This document shows positions 50,913-61,137 of a stretch of DNA of 64,000 nucleotides, piece after piece. The DNA comes from an uncultured delta proteobacterium. Its GTDB lineage: Bacteria > Desulfobacterota > Syntrophia > Syntrophales > Smithellaceae. The position numbers and the translations under genes are program-made. The DNA lies in assembly GCA_963813455.1 (NCBI GenBank), contig CAWEZF010000002.1, forward strand, positions 185,312-249,311, written 5' to 3'. The notes under the pieces were generated by a model. It saw nothing but the letters and a program-made list of their open reading frames with translations. It had not been told where the DNA came from and made no database searches. Numbering within the stretch: the first letter of the stretch is position 1; each line of letters starts with the position of its first letter.

Positions 50913-51106
50913 TCTTGATAATTTTTCGGGGCTTTAATTTTATTTGCCAATTCATGATTTTTGCCGGCGGCTCAATAGCTAAGCGTGGCAAATCGTTAAT
51001 TTCATGATTTTATTTAAAAAAACCAATAAACACCTGGGTTTTTGAATTTCCTTGAGTAAAAATTTCATTGCTGATATGTATAATTGTTTTTAAATTTATT
51101 TAAAGG

Positions 51107-52243
51107 ATGTTGAGTATGCAAAACCCAAATTTTAGTTCAGGCCCCTGTAGCAAAAGGCCAGCGTGGAATATTGATGTGTTGAAGGGCGCGCCGGTTGGCC
51201 GTTCGCACCGTTCCGCACTGGGAAAAGAAAGACTTATCAAAGCCATTAACGAAACAAGAAATATCTTAAAAATTCCGTCAGATTACCTTGTGGGAATTCT
51301 GCCGGCTTCCGATACCGGCGCTTTTGAATGCGCCATGTGGTCACTTTTGGGTCCCAAGCCGGTCACCGTTTTGGTCTGGGAAAGCTTTTCCGAAGGCTGG
51401 GCGACGGACGTTAACAAACAACTAAAACTCAACCCAGCAATTATTAAAGCCGATTACGGGAAAATTCCTGATCTGGCTAAAGTGGACTGGAAAACGGATG
51501 TGGTTTTTGTGGCCAACGGCACCACCAGTGGCGTGCGCATTCCCGACTGGAACTGGATTCCCGCCAACCGCGAAGGCCTGTCTTTGTGTGACGCGACCAG
51601 TTACGCGTTTGCCAATGAAATTGATTGGAGCAAAATTGATGTTTTGACATTCTCATGGCAGAAATGTCTGGGTGGCGAAGCCGCGCACGGCATGATGATT
51701 TTGAGCCCGAAAGCCGTAGCGCGTCTGGAATCTTACACGCCGCCCTGGCCGATGCCGAAGATTTTCCGTTTGAAAAAGGGCGACAAAATCAACAAAGCCA
51801 TTTTCGACGGCGATGTCATCAACACGCCTTCCATGATCTGCGTGGAAGATTATTTAGACGCGCTTAGCTGGGCGGGGAAAATCGGCCTTGATGGGCTGTT
51901 CAAAAGAAGCCGCGCCAATTTAAAAGTTGTGGAAGACTGGGTGGCCAAAACCGATTGGATTGAATTTTTGGCGGATGACCCCAAAGTCCGTTCCAACACC
52001 TCCGTTTGTCTTTCGGTTACGCATCCGAAAGTCGCGGCGCTGGACGCGGACGCGAAAAGTAAATTCTTAAAGAGCATCGCGTCGGATTTAAGCAAAAAGA
52101 ATGTCGCGCATGACATTAATTCTTATAAGGACGCTCCCGCCGGCTATCGTTTCTGGTGCGGGCCGACAATTGAAGAAGCGGATATTAAAAACGCGCTGAC
52201 GGAGCTGGAAAAAGTTTTTAACGAAAAGGTCAAAGCCCTTTAA
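51107..52243 (+). CDS. serC: phosphoserine aminotransferase (short, actinobacterial-type SerC)
   Basis: NFSSGPCSKRPAW N-terminus, ..FSWQKCLGGE.. lysine region, ~375 aa. The alternative start ATG 51116 cannot be excluded. Confidence 0.8.
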   Translation: MLSMQNPNFSSGPCSKRPAWNIDVLKGAPVGRSHRSALGKERLIKAINETRNILKIPSDYLVGILPASDTGAFECAMWSLLGPKPVTVLVWESFSEGWATDVNKQLKLNPAIIKADYGKIPDLAKVDWKTDVVFVANGTTSGVRIPDWNWIPANREGLSLCDATSYAFANEIDWSKIDVLTFSWQKCLGGEAAHGMMILSPKAVARLESYTPPWPMPKIFRLKKGDKINKAIFDGDVINTPSMICVEDYLDALSWAGKIGLDGLFKRSRANLKVVEDWVAKTDWIEFLADDPKVRSNTSVCLSVTHPKVAALDADAKSKFLKSIASDLSKKNVAHDINSYKDAPAGYRFWCGPTIEEADIKNALTELEKVFNEKVKAL

Positions 52244-52307
52244 TTCCGGTTCGGATATTTTAGATAAATTAGGGAAATTACCAAACGTAATTTTCAGCAC
52301 CTATTAA

Positions 52308-53627
<1,320 letters not shown>

Positions 53628-53799
53628 AGTTGCCTCATTTTTTTTGAACGCTTGCCCAAGCTAACTAAACATTACCAAAATACAGGGGTTGCTTTTTTTA
53701 GAGGCAATCCCTGCCGTGCAGCAGCCTCCCGCCTGTAAACATGCTTGATAACAGGTAAAAATCGGCAGCGCGCGGCCATGTTTTATGGCCAAGATTTCC

Positions 53800-53828
53800 T
53801 TGACACGCGTAGGCGCTCACCTTATACT
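53800..53828 (+). promoter_or_regulatory. near-consensus sigma70-type promoter upstream of serA
   Basis: TTGACA (53800-53805), a 17-nt spacer, then TATACT (53823-53828). Leaves a leader of about 130 nt before the serA ATG. Confidence 0.5.
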
Positions 53829-53966
53829 TCACGGCGCGAAACTAAAAGTTTTTATAAAACCCATAAGGACAATTTGTTTTAACCGCAAGCTTAAGCAAAG
53901 TAAGTATTCGATTTATCGCAATACTCTCTAATAAAAAATTAGCGGAAAGAAACAGGAGGCTTTTTT

Positions 53967-55127
53967 ATGTATCGGATTGATTTGTTGAACAAAATTTCGG
54001 AAAAAGGTTTAAGCGTTTTTACCGATAAATATGAGTATCGCGCTGACATGCCGGATCCCGACGGAGTCATGGTAAGAAGCAAGGAAATGAAAGACCTGAC
54101 CCTGCCCACAAGCGTGAAAGCTATCGCCCGCGCCGGCGCCGGCGTCAACAATATACCCATCGACAAATGTTCCGAAAAAGGAATTGTTGTTTTTAATACT
54201 CCGGGAGCGAACGCGAACGGCGTAAAAGAACTGGTTGTATTAGGAATGATCATGGCGGCGCGCAATGCCGCCGATGGTATTTTCTGGGCCAAGGGTCTTG
54301 TGGGCGAAGGCGATAAGGTTCCCGACCTGATCGAAAAAGGAAAATCAAAATTTGTCGGCACCGAGATCCAGGGAAAGACTCTGGGTGTTGTGGGCTTAGG
54401 CGCTATCGGCACCATGGTGGCCAACGCAGCTGATTCCCTGGGTATGGAAGTCTGGGGATTTGATCCGTTCTTATCAATCGAGGCGGCATGGAAGCTTTCC
54501 CGCACCATCAAGAAGGCTCCGAACCTGGACCGACTTTTGGCGGAATCCGACTATATTTCTCTGCATGTTCCTCAAAACAAAGACACGAAGGGTTTTATTA
54601 ACTCCGGCAAGTTCGCGATTATGAAAAAAGGCGTGGTGCTTCTAAACTTCGCCCGTGGCGGCCTTGTGGATACCGCGTCTCTGAAGAAGGCAATTGCTGA
54701 CGGCATTGTGAGCTGCTATGTGACCGATTTTCCGGATGAAGAAGTTATTAAGACGGACAAGGTCGTCGCCATTCCGCACCTCGGAGCCTCCACAGAAGAA
54801 TCCGAGGAAAACTGCGCCATCATGGCCGCTTTGCAGTTAATGGATTTTTTGGAAAACGGGAATATCAAAAACTCGGTTAACTTCCCTGAATGCAATCTTG
54901 ACAGAAACGGCAAAAAAAGAATCACGATTACCAACCAGAATATGCCGGGGATGATTGAGAAGATCACGGGCATGCTGGCGGAAAATAAGCTCAACGTCGC
55001 GAATATGATCAACAAGAGCAAAGGCAATCTGGCCTACAATATCATCGATCTGGAAGGTGATGTCGGCGAAGGCCTCGTTAAGAAAATCCAGTCAATCGAT
55101 GGCGTTGTGGCGGTAAGGGTGCTTTAG
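53967..55127 (+). CDS. serA: D-3-phosphoglycerate dehydrogenase with C-terminal ACT domain
   Basis: 386-aa ORF. NAD motif GVVGLGAIG, ..LNFARGGLVD.., HLGAST, and an ACT-like tail (RITITNQNMPGMIEKITGML..). Confidence 0.88.
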   Translation: MYRIDLLNKISEKGLSVFTDKYEYRADMPDPDGVMVRSKEMKDLTLPTSVKAIARAGAGVNNIPIDKCSEKGIVVFNTPGANANGVKELVVLGMIMAARNAADGIFWAKGLVGEGDKVPDLIEKGKSKFVGTEIQGKTLGVVGLGAIGTMVANAADSLGMEVWGFDPFLSIEAAWKLSRTIKKAPNLDRLLAESDYISLHVPQNKDTKGFINSGKFAIMKKGVVLLNFARGGLVDTASLKKAIADGIVSCYVTDFPDEEVIKTDKVVAIPHLGASTEESEENCAIMAALQLMDFLENGNIKNSVNFPECNLDRNGKKRITITNQNMPGMIEKITGMLAENKLNVANMINKSKGNLAYNIIDLEGDVGEGLVKKIQSIDGVVAVRVL

Positions 55128-55266
55128 TTTATAAAAAGCAGCGCGCGTGGCAGGCAGGACAGAGTTTTTCCGCAGACCCTTTTCCTGATTGAAATCGTGT
55201 CAGTTTCTCCTTGACACTCACCGGAGTTGCTGTTAATAGGGCACGTCCAAAAATAATGAATCAAGT

Positions 55267-55341
55267 GGGCCGTTAGCTCAGCGGTAGAGCAGCGGACTTT
55301 TAATCCGTTGGCCGCGGGTTCAATCCCCGCACGGCCCACCA
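55267..55341 (+). tRNA. tRNA-Lys (anticodon UUU)
   Basis: GGGCCGTTAGCTCAGCGGTAGAGCAGCGGACTTTTAATCCGTTGGCCGCGGGTTCAATCCCCGCACGGCCCACCA. The cloverleaf pairs, the anticodon loop is CTTTTAA and CCA is encoded. Confidence 0.92.
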
Positions 55342-55346
55342 TCCGT

Positions 55347-55376
55347 AAAAGGCTTCCGTAAGGGAAGCCTTTTTTA
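55347..55376 (+). terminator. intrinsic terminator after tRNA-Lys
   Basis: GGCTTCC-GTAAG-GGAAGCC flanked by an A-run and followed by TTTTTT. Confidence 0.75.
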
Positions 55377-55490
55377 TTAGTATTTTATTTCGGGTAATTG
55401 CCCCTTTTAAAATCTTTTCAAATAACGTATTATTGAAAAAACCAAAGGTACTTTGTATTATTTTGGCAAACCAAGAAAAGGAAGGTGATT

Positions 55491-55733
55491 ATGGACATTT
55501 TAACACTGCGTGATTTTTTTATGTGGTGCACGATTATCAACGGGGGATTATTGATTGTCTCGTTTTTAATCTGCGGCTATGCGGGCGACTGGGTCTATAA
55601 AATGCACACCCGGTGGTTTAAAATTCCACGGAAATCATTTGATACAATACTCTATTGTTTCATCGCCGCCATGAAAATACTTGTGCTCATGCTGAATCTT
55701 GTTCCTTATATCGCGCTGGTGATTATAAGTTAA
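55491..55733 (+). CDS. small two/three-TM membrane protein, function unknown
   Basis: ATG 55491 follows AAGGAAGG. MDILTLRDFFMWCTIINGGLLIVSFLIC... Confidence 0.5.
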   Translation: MDILTLRDFFMWCTIINGGLLIVSFLICGYAGDWVYKMHTRWFKIPRKSFDTILYCFIAAMKILVLMLNLVPYIALVIIS

Positions 55734-55747
55734 AGCAGGCGATTTAA

Positions 55748-56173
55748 ATGGATAAAAAAATCAAGCAAGCCATATTTAAGAAAATTGAAAATGAACCTTT
55801 TGCGCGTAAATTAGGTCTGAAACTCATCGCACTTGAAGATGGTTACGCTAAAGTGGAAATGGTTTTTTCTGCTGATTTGGAAAACATGTTTGGCATGGCG
55901 CATGGTGGCGCGATTTTTTCGCTGATCGACGCGGCTTTCGAAGTGGCCTCCAATTCGCACGGCACGATGGCGGTGGCGCTCAATATGAATATAAATTATC
56001 TGGCTTCGCCGACAAAAGGCGCAACGCTAAGCGCCGAGGCAAAAGAAATCAACAAAACGAAGAAAACTGCCGCCTATGATATTCGTGCGGTTGATAATTC
56101 GGGCAAGCTGTTAGCCTCCTGTCAGGCGTTGGTTTATCGTCTGGAAAAGCCGCTGCCTTTTTTGGAAAGATAA
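55748..56173 (+). CDS. PaaI-family hotdog-fold thioesterase
   Basis: 141-aa ORF with the characteristic ..NMFGMAHGGAIFSLIDAAF... Confidence 0.8.
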   Translation: MDKKIKQAIFKKIENEPFARKLGLKLIALEDGYAKVEMVFSADLENMFGMAHGGAIFSLIDAAFEVASNSHGTMAVALNMNINYLASPTKGATLSAEAKEINKTKKTAAYDIRAVDNSGKLLASCQALVYRLEKPLPFLER

Positions 56174-56215
56174 AGAGCTCAAGACTGAGGGCTGAAGACT
56201 GAGTGGCAAAAAATA

Positions 56216-56251
56216 AAAAGCCTCTGAAGCTGTAAACTTCAGAGGCTTTTT
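56216..56251. terminator. bidirectional intrinsic terminator between the thioesterase and acyl-CoA dehydrogenase genes
   Basis: AAAAGCCTCTGAAG-7 nt-CTTCAGAGGCTTTT, with an A-run and a T-run on either side. Confidence 0.75.
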
Positions 56252-56274
56252 ATCTAAATGTTCTGAAAATTATT

Positions 56275-58140
56275 TTACTGAGGCAGCGCTCCGGTAAATA
56301 TTTCGTCAAAAGCTTCGATGACCGCCTGCTCGCCGGATGTTATGTAGTTGAGATATCCTTCAAAATGTTTGAATTCGGAACCCAGGTAGAAACGGGCTGA
56401 AAGAATTCTTCCATAGTAGAAGGCGGCTTCCATGTTGTCTTTGACCAGATTCACTACTTTTTCTCCGGCGATATCACCGGCGATTGCTTTTAGCTTTGGT
56501 ATCGTGATGGTCATTGACCACAAATGCATCCAGGCATGCGCCAGCATGCGCATGGCATTTTGCAGCGGCGTGGCAATGGCCAGAATGTCGAGCATCTTCT
56601 TTTGATCTCTCAGCTCGGCAAGTTTCTTTACCGTGGCATCCATTTTGGTAACACCATCACGAACAGCGGCAACGTATTTTTCGTCAACAATGCCTTTAGC
56701 TTTTTCTATCGTTTCGGCAATTCTCTTTTTGAAGACGCCGTAGTTATACATTTCCGGATTCATCAGCAGCTTGCGCATGGTCAGATCCATGGACTGAATG
56801 CCGTTTGTTCCTTCATAGATAGCAAGAATTTTAGAATCGCGTGCCAACTGCTCGACCGGATATTCCGAGCAATACCCATAGCCGCCATAAACCTGCATAG
56901 CATCCGAAGTAACTAGCCAGGCCAGATCGGAATTGCCCGCTTTGCAAAGAGGAATAAGAAAATCTAGCAGGCCTTTGGCCTCTTTGGCTTTATCTCCCTT
57001 TTCCACATGGCTTAAATCACCGCAGATAGCGGCTAAAAGTGTCAGCATTCTCATCGCTTCGACCTGCGATTTCATCCAAAGAAGCATTCTTTTTACATCG
57101 GGGTGTTTGCTGATCGGCGCGGAACTGAAATCGCCCTTCTTGGCCGGATCTGAACCCTGTAGGCGGTTTTTCGCGTAAGTTATCGAGTGCATATAGGCGG
57201 AACTTGCCGCTCCCAGTGCCTGATCTGCCACGTCAAGCCTTGCCTCGTTCATCATCTGAAACATGATTTTCATACCCTGACGCTCTTCTCCCAAAAGATA
57301 ACCGATGCATTTGCCGTTATCGCCTAAGCTCAATGAACAGGTTGCCGAGCCTTTTATGCCCATTTTGTGTTCAATGCCCGTGGTGATAAAGTCATTTTGC
57401 CCGCCGATGCTTCCGTCAGGATTGACGTGATATTTCGGCACTATAAAAATCGATATTCCAGGTGTCCCGGGAGGATCGCCTTCGATACGAGCCAAAACCG
57501 GATGAATGATGTTTTCATACAGGTCGTTGTCGCCGGCCGTAATGAATATTTTCTGCCCGGTGAGAAGATAAGTGCCGTCTTTTTGTTTTACGGCCTTTGT
57601 TTTTAAGGCGCCGACATCGGAACCCGCGCCCGGTTCAGTCAGGCACATCGTGCCCCCCCACTGGCCGGTTGACATTTTTTCCAGGTAGGTTTTTTTCAGT
57701 TCGTCTGTTCCAAAATTTTCAATTAACCTGGAAGCGCCGCCCCTTAAAGTATCATAAACAATGAAAGCAACGCCGGCAGCGGAAAAATAGTCCGCCACTG
57801 CCCGGCATATAACCTCAGGCATTCCGGTGCCGCCCCACTGGGGGTCGTTTCCCAAACCGGGAAAACCGGATTCTTTGTAAAGGTTCATTGCTGTTTTATA
57901 TCCCTCAGGAACAGTAACCGTTTTTGCCTGGGGATCATATTTTGCGCCAGTCTTGTCGGCCTCAGCGTTTGCCGGGTAAACCTGCTCCACGGCAAGCTGT
58001 TCTGCCAGTTCAAGCGTGGCCTCATACGTGTCCTTATCGAAACCGGCATATTTTTCATACTTGCTTAACTTGTCTGCTTCCAGCGCTTCAAAAAGAACAA
58101 ACCTAACATCTCTTGAATCAATTAACGGATTTAATGCCAT
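56275..58140 (-). CDS. long-form acyl-CoA dehydrogenase
   Basis: 621-aa ORF. ..CLTEPGAGSD.., ..IYEGTNGIQ.., plus a ~170-aa C-terminal extension as in FadE-like/large ACADs. Confidence 0.88.
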   Translation of the reverse strand: MALNPLIDSRDVRFVLFEALEADKLSKYEKYAGFDKDTYEATLELAEQLAVEQVYPANAEADKTGAKYDPQAKTVTVPEGYKTAMNLYKESGFPGLGNDPQWGGTGMPEVICRAVADYFSAAGVAFIVYDTLRGGASRLIENFGTDELKKTYLEKMSTGQWGGTMCLTEPGAGSDVGALKTKAVKQKDGTYLLTGQKIFITAGDNDLYENIIHPVLARIEGDPPGTPGISIFIVPKYHVNPDGSIGGQNDFITTGIEHKMGIKGSATCSLSLGDNGKCIGYLLGEERQGMKIMFQMMNEARLDVADQALGAASSAYMHSITYAKNRLQGSDPAKKGDFSSAPISKHPDVKRMLLWMKSQVEAMRMLTLLAAICGDLSHVEKGDKAKEAKGLLDFLIPLCKAGNSDLAWLVTSDAMQVYGGYGYCSEYPVEQLARDSKILAIYEGTNGIQSMDLTMRKLLMNPEMYNYGVFKKRIAETIEKAKGIVDEKYVAAVRDGVTKMDATVKKLAELRDQKKMLDILAIATPLQNAMRMLAHAWMHLWSMTITIPKLKAIAGDIAGEKVVNLVKDNMEAAFYYGRILSARFYLGSEFKHFEGYLNYITSGEQAVIEAFDEIFTGALPQ

Positions 58141-58680
58141 AACACACTCCTCAAATTATTTTTTTTGCGGAATTATTGTCCTGTCACTCAACACTGCCTG
58201 AATTTAAATTTTATATCAGGAAGCAAAAGGTTACAAATATCCGACAATTTGCAAATTACAGAACTACCGGTCACAAACAATACAGCATTGTCTGTAAAAA
58301 AATCAAGAAAATCTTGTTATTTCTTGAATCCGGAACTTATCTATTTAATATTATAACGGTTTATCGCACGCTTTATTTATTCGGTAGCTGCTATTTGGTA
58401 GCTTTTGCGGTAATTATATTCATGCCATGGAGACTGCAATTCGCAGATAGATATTTAGTCACCTTGCAGTTATGCTTGTTAAGATGAGTTAGGATATTGA
58501 ATCGAAAAAATTGAAGATAATGGAGTGAGAAATGGACATCAGCAGATTGGCGCAGGATAATATTCAAAGATTCTGAGAATATAAATGCGTTAATTACGAT
58601 GGACACTGGCATAGTAACGTGCAGCTGGGCAGCGCGGCAGGAAAAATTTTGTGGCGGGAACTAAGAAAAATATCTTCAGA

Positions 58681-59886
58681 TTAAATTATTATCCTGGATT
58701 TATAAAGTCTATTAACTTCCTTTGGTAAATAGCCTAGCCAACTCTCCAGAATAAATCTGCTGTGTTCTCCCAGCGCGGGCGCGGGCAGGCGGATGCTTCC
58801 CTCGGCTTCGGAAAATTTGTAAGGGAATCCGGGAATATCGATATCGCCGAATTCCTGGTGATGGATCTTTTGAAACATGCCGCGCGCTTTTAAGTTATCA
58901 TCGCGATTTACCTGCGCGTTGGTATAGGCAATGCCGCAGGGGATTTTTTTACTCTCTAAAATTTTTATTATTTCCTGCGATTTATGGCGCGATGTCCACT
59001 CTTCGATAAGCGCCACAGCCTCTTTGTGATTTTGGATTTGAGAAATAATATTATTGAATTTCGGATCGGTGGCCATTTCCGTTCGCCCGATGACTTCCGC
59101 GAGTGTTTTCCACTGACGCGTGGTAATGGAAACAATGGCTACTTTTCCGTCTTTCGATTTAAAGAAACCGTAGAAAGGCATTCTGTCGGAAGAGTTCATA
59201 ACCTCCTCGGGTTTTCTGCCCAGTGTTTTTTCGATGTCCTTTGCCACTTCTCCCAGCGCTTTGTCCATCAGGGCGCGGTAATTGTTGAAATACATAACGT
59301 CCTGCATGGACAAATCAATATATTGACCATGCCCGGTTTTCATCTTGTGAATTAGGGCAAGTAAAGTTGCGTTAGCGGCGTAGGCGCCGGCCATTAAATC
59401 ACCCCAGTAGTTGGCGGGCATCAGATAAGTATCCTGGTCATTCCAAAATTGGCCACCGGTTGCCTGCGCGATTATATCAAAGGCGGCCCTTTCGGGATTA
59501 ACGCCTGTGGCGCCGAAGCCGGAAATTTGCGTATAAATAATGTCTTCTTTTATTTTTTTTAAATCATCATAGCCCAGGCCGTTGCGCTCCAGCGCGCCCG
59601 GGATGAGGTTTTGCACAAAAATATCCGCCTGCGCGGCGAGCCGCCGCATTACTTCTTGCCCTTCTTTTTCCTGCCAGTTGACGGCGATGCCGTATTTATT
59701 GCGGTTTAAAACAGAATAACAGCGTTCCGCGCCGGGCATCAGCTGAAAATTAATTCTTAGAGTATCGCCTTCCGGTGGTTCAACTTTTACCACATCCGCG
59801 CCCATATCGGCCAGAAGCTGCGTGCAGCGGGAACCGGAGATAAACTGGGTGACGTCGATTACTTTGATGCCATCGAGAATTTGCAC
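58681..59886 (-). CDS. CaiB/BaiF-family (type III) CoA-transferase
   Basis: 401-aa ORF. LDGIKVIDVTQFISGSRCTQLLADMGADVVKVEPPEGD is the N-terminal signature. Confidence 0.88.
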   Translation of the reverse strand: MQILDGIKVIDVTQFISGSRCTQLLADMGADVVKVEPPEGDTLRINFQLMPGAERCYSVLNRNKYGIAVNWQEKEGQEVMRRLAAQADIFVQNLIPGALERNGLGYDDLKKIKEDIIYTQISGFGATGVNPERAAFDIIAQATGGQFWNDQDTYLMPANYWGDLMAGAYAANATLLALIHKMKTGHGQYIDLSMQDVMYFNNYRALMDKALGEVAKDIEKTLGRKPEEVMNSSDRMPFYGFFKSKDGKVAIVSITTRQWKTLAEVIGRTEMATDPKFNNIISQIQNHKEAVALIEEWTSRHKSQEIIKILESKKIPCGIAYTNAQVNRDDNLKARGMFQKIHHQEFGDIDIPGFPYKFSEAEGSIRLPAPALGEHSRFILESWLGYLPKEVNRLYKSRIII

Positions 59887-60072
59887 AAAATATCCTTTAA
59901 TAAAAATTTATTTTACTGCGAACTTTTTAGCATATTTGACAATGGAGTGCTTCTTTTTTTTAAATGAATAAGTATTCAAAATTAAAACCAGATTATCTAC
60001 CCGGAAAATATTTTCGCGGTAATTACGCTTTTGATCAGGCGTAAGCACCTGATATGCTGTAATTTTATCGCA

Positions 60073-60102
60073 TTGACAGAAGCAGGCAATTCTTTATATA
60101 CT
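60073..60102 (+). promoter_or_regulatory. candidate sigma70-type promoter
   Basis: TTGACA (60073-60078), then TATATA or TATACT at 16-18 nt spacing. About 130 nt upstream of the membrane-protein ATG at 60233. Confidence 0.4.
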
Positions 60103-60232
60103 TACATTATTAGAATCACTCCGAAACATGTTTGCTCTTATAAGAGCAGTGCGTTGTGTCAGTTGCGGCGTTTTATTTTAAACGTTAACTAAATAACCAA
60201 CCCTAATTTGATTATTCATGAAAGGAGAAAAA

Positions 60233-60693
60233 ATGCTGAATCAGGGAATTATGATGTCGCATGTGTTTTTCGGCGTTTTGGGCATCCTTTGCGCTGTTGC
60301 CTTGTTCATGGATGTCTTGAATGCCGGAGTGGAAAAAATTATCAGAGAATTAAAATACTGAGTCTGGCTGTTGCTGTGCTGATTGTAATTTCTTTTCTTA
60401 TCGGCGGTTACTGGTATGTTACCTATTATGGGGCCGAAAGAGATATAATAAAAGCAGGCGCCTGGCCCTGGGCTCATAATTTTTTCATGGAGGTAAAAGA
60501 GCATATCTTTTTCGCGATGTTGTTGTTGGGCATTTATCTGCCGATAGCGGTTTATAAAAATACTCCCCTGACCAACAGGAAGAATAAAAATCTGGTTCTG
60601 GCAATTTGTGCGCTGATTATATTACTGGGACTGTTTATGGAAGGGGCCGGCGGCATCATCAGCAAAGGCGTCACGATAGGATTGAGGGGGTGA
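60233..60693 (+). CDS. four-TM membrane protein of unknown function, one frameshift in this sequence
   Basis: ATG 60233 after AAAGGAGAAAA gives MLNQGIMMSHVFFGVLGILCAVALFMDVLNAGVEK, then shifts at the A-run ~60335-60345 into the frame of ORF 60208..60693 (..YQRIKILSLAVAVLIVISFLIGGYWY..). Confidence 0.5.
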
Positions 60694-60763
60694 GGGCCAT
60701 GAAAAAAACAAATATAAAGAAAAATACAGAATAAAAACGGCAGTCATAAAAAACAAAACGAAT

Positions 60764-61069
60764 ATGAACAAATACTCATTGGGATTTGGCCTATCGCTGG
60801 TGGTGACCAATTTACTAAACGCGGTTATTTTAGTTGTTAAAGAAGTCAGCGCTCCGGTGATGAATGTTATGAAAGCGGCGTTGGGGCACCACTGGACAAC
60901 GCACGCCGTGCTTCTTCTTCTTGTGTTTGTTATTCTTGGGGTGGTTTTTTCAATTTATGAAATTGGCGCAAAATGGGATTCCCGAAAATTGATGTATTAT
61001 ATCATCGGTTCGGTGATTATCAGCGTGGTTATTATCACGGTGTTTTTTCTTCCCTATCTAATTGCTTAA
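60764..61069 (+). CDS. small three-TM membrane protein of unknown function
   Basis: 101-aa hydrophobic ORF. No family recognised. Confidence 0.45.
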   Translation: MNKYSLGFGLSLVVTNLLNAVILVVKEVSAPVMNVMKAALGHHWTTHAVLLLLVFVILGVVFSIYEIGAKWDSRKLMYYIIGSVIISVVIITVFFLPYLIA

Positions 61070-61100
61070 AGCTGGATTGAAAAAGGTTATTTGGTAACTA

Positions 61101-61137
61101 GGGGGATGGCATAATGATTATTTTGCCATCCCCCTTT
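61101..61137 (+). terminator. hairpin terminator candidate between convergent genes
   Basis: GGGGGATGGC-14 nt-GCCATCCCCC followed by TTT. The 3' arm abuts the kef antiporter stop codon. Confidence 0.5.

Noticed and set aside
55124-55342. 72-aa minus-strand ORF (MVGRAGIEPAANGLKVRCSTAELTAH..)
   Set aside because: It is the antisense translation of tRNA-Lys, a well-known artefact peptide.
58165-58612. ORFs 58165..58356, 58176..58487 (plus strand) and 58391..58612 (minus strand) in the long spacer
   Set aside because: They mutually overlap, are AT-biased and Leu/Ile/Phe/Lys-rich, and have no ribosome-binding sites or family resemblance.
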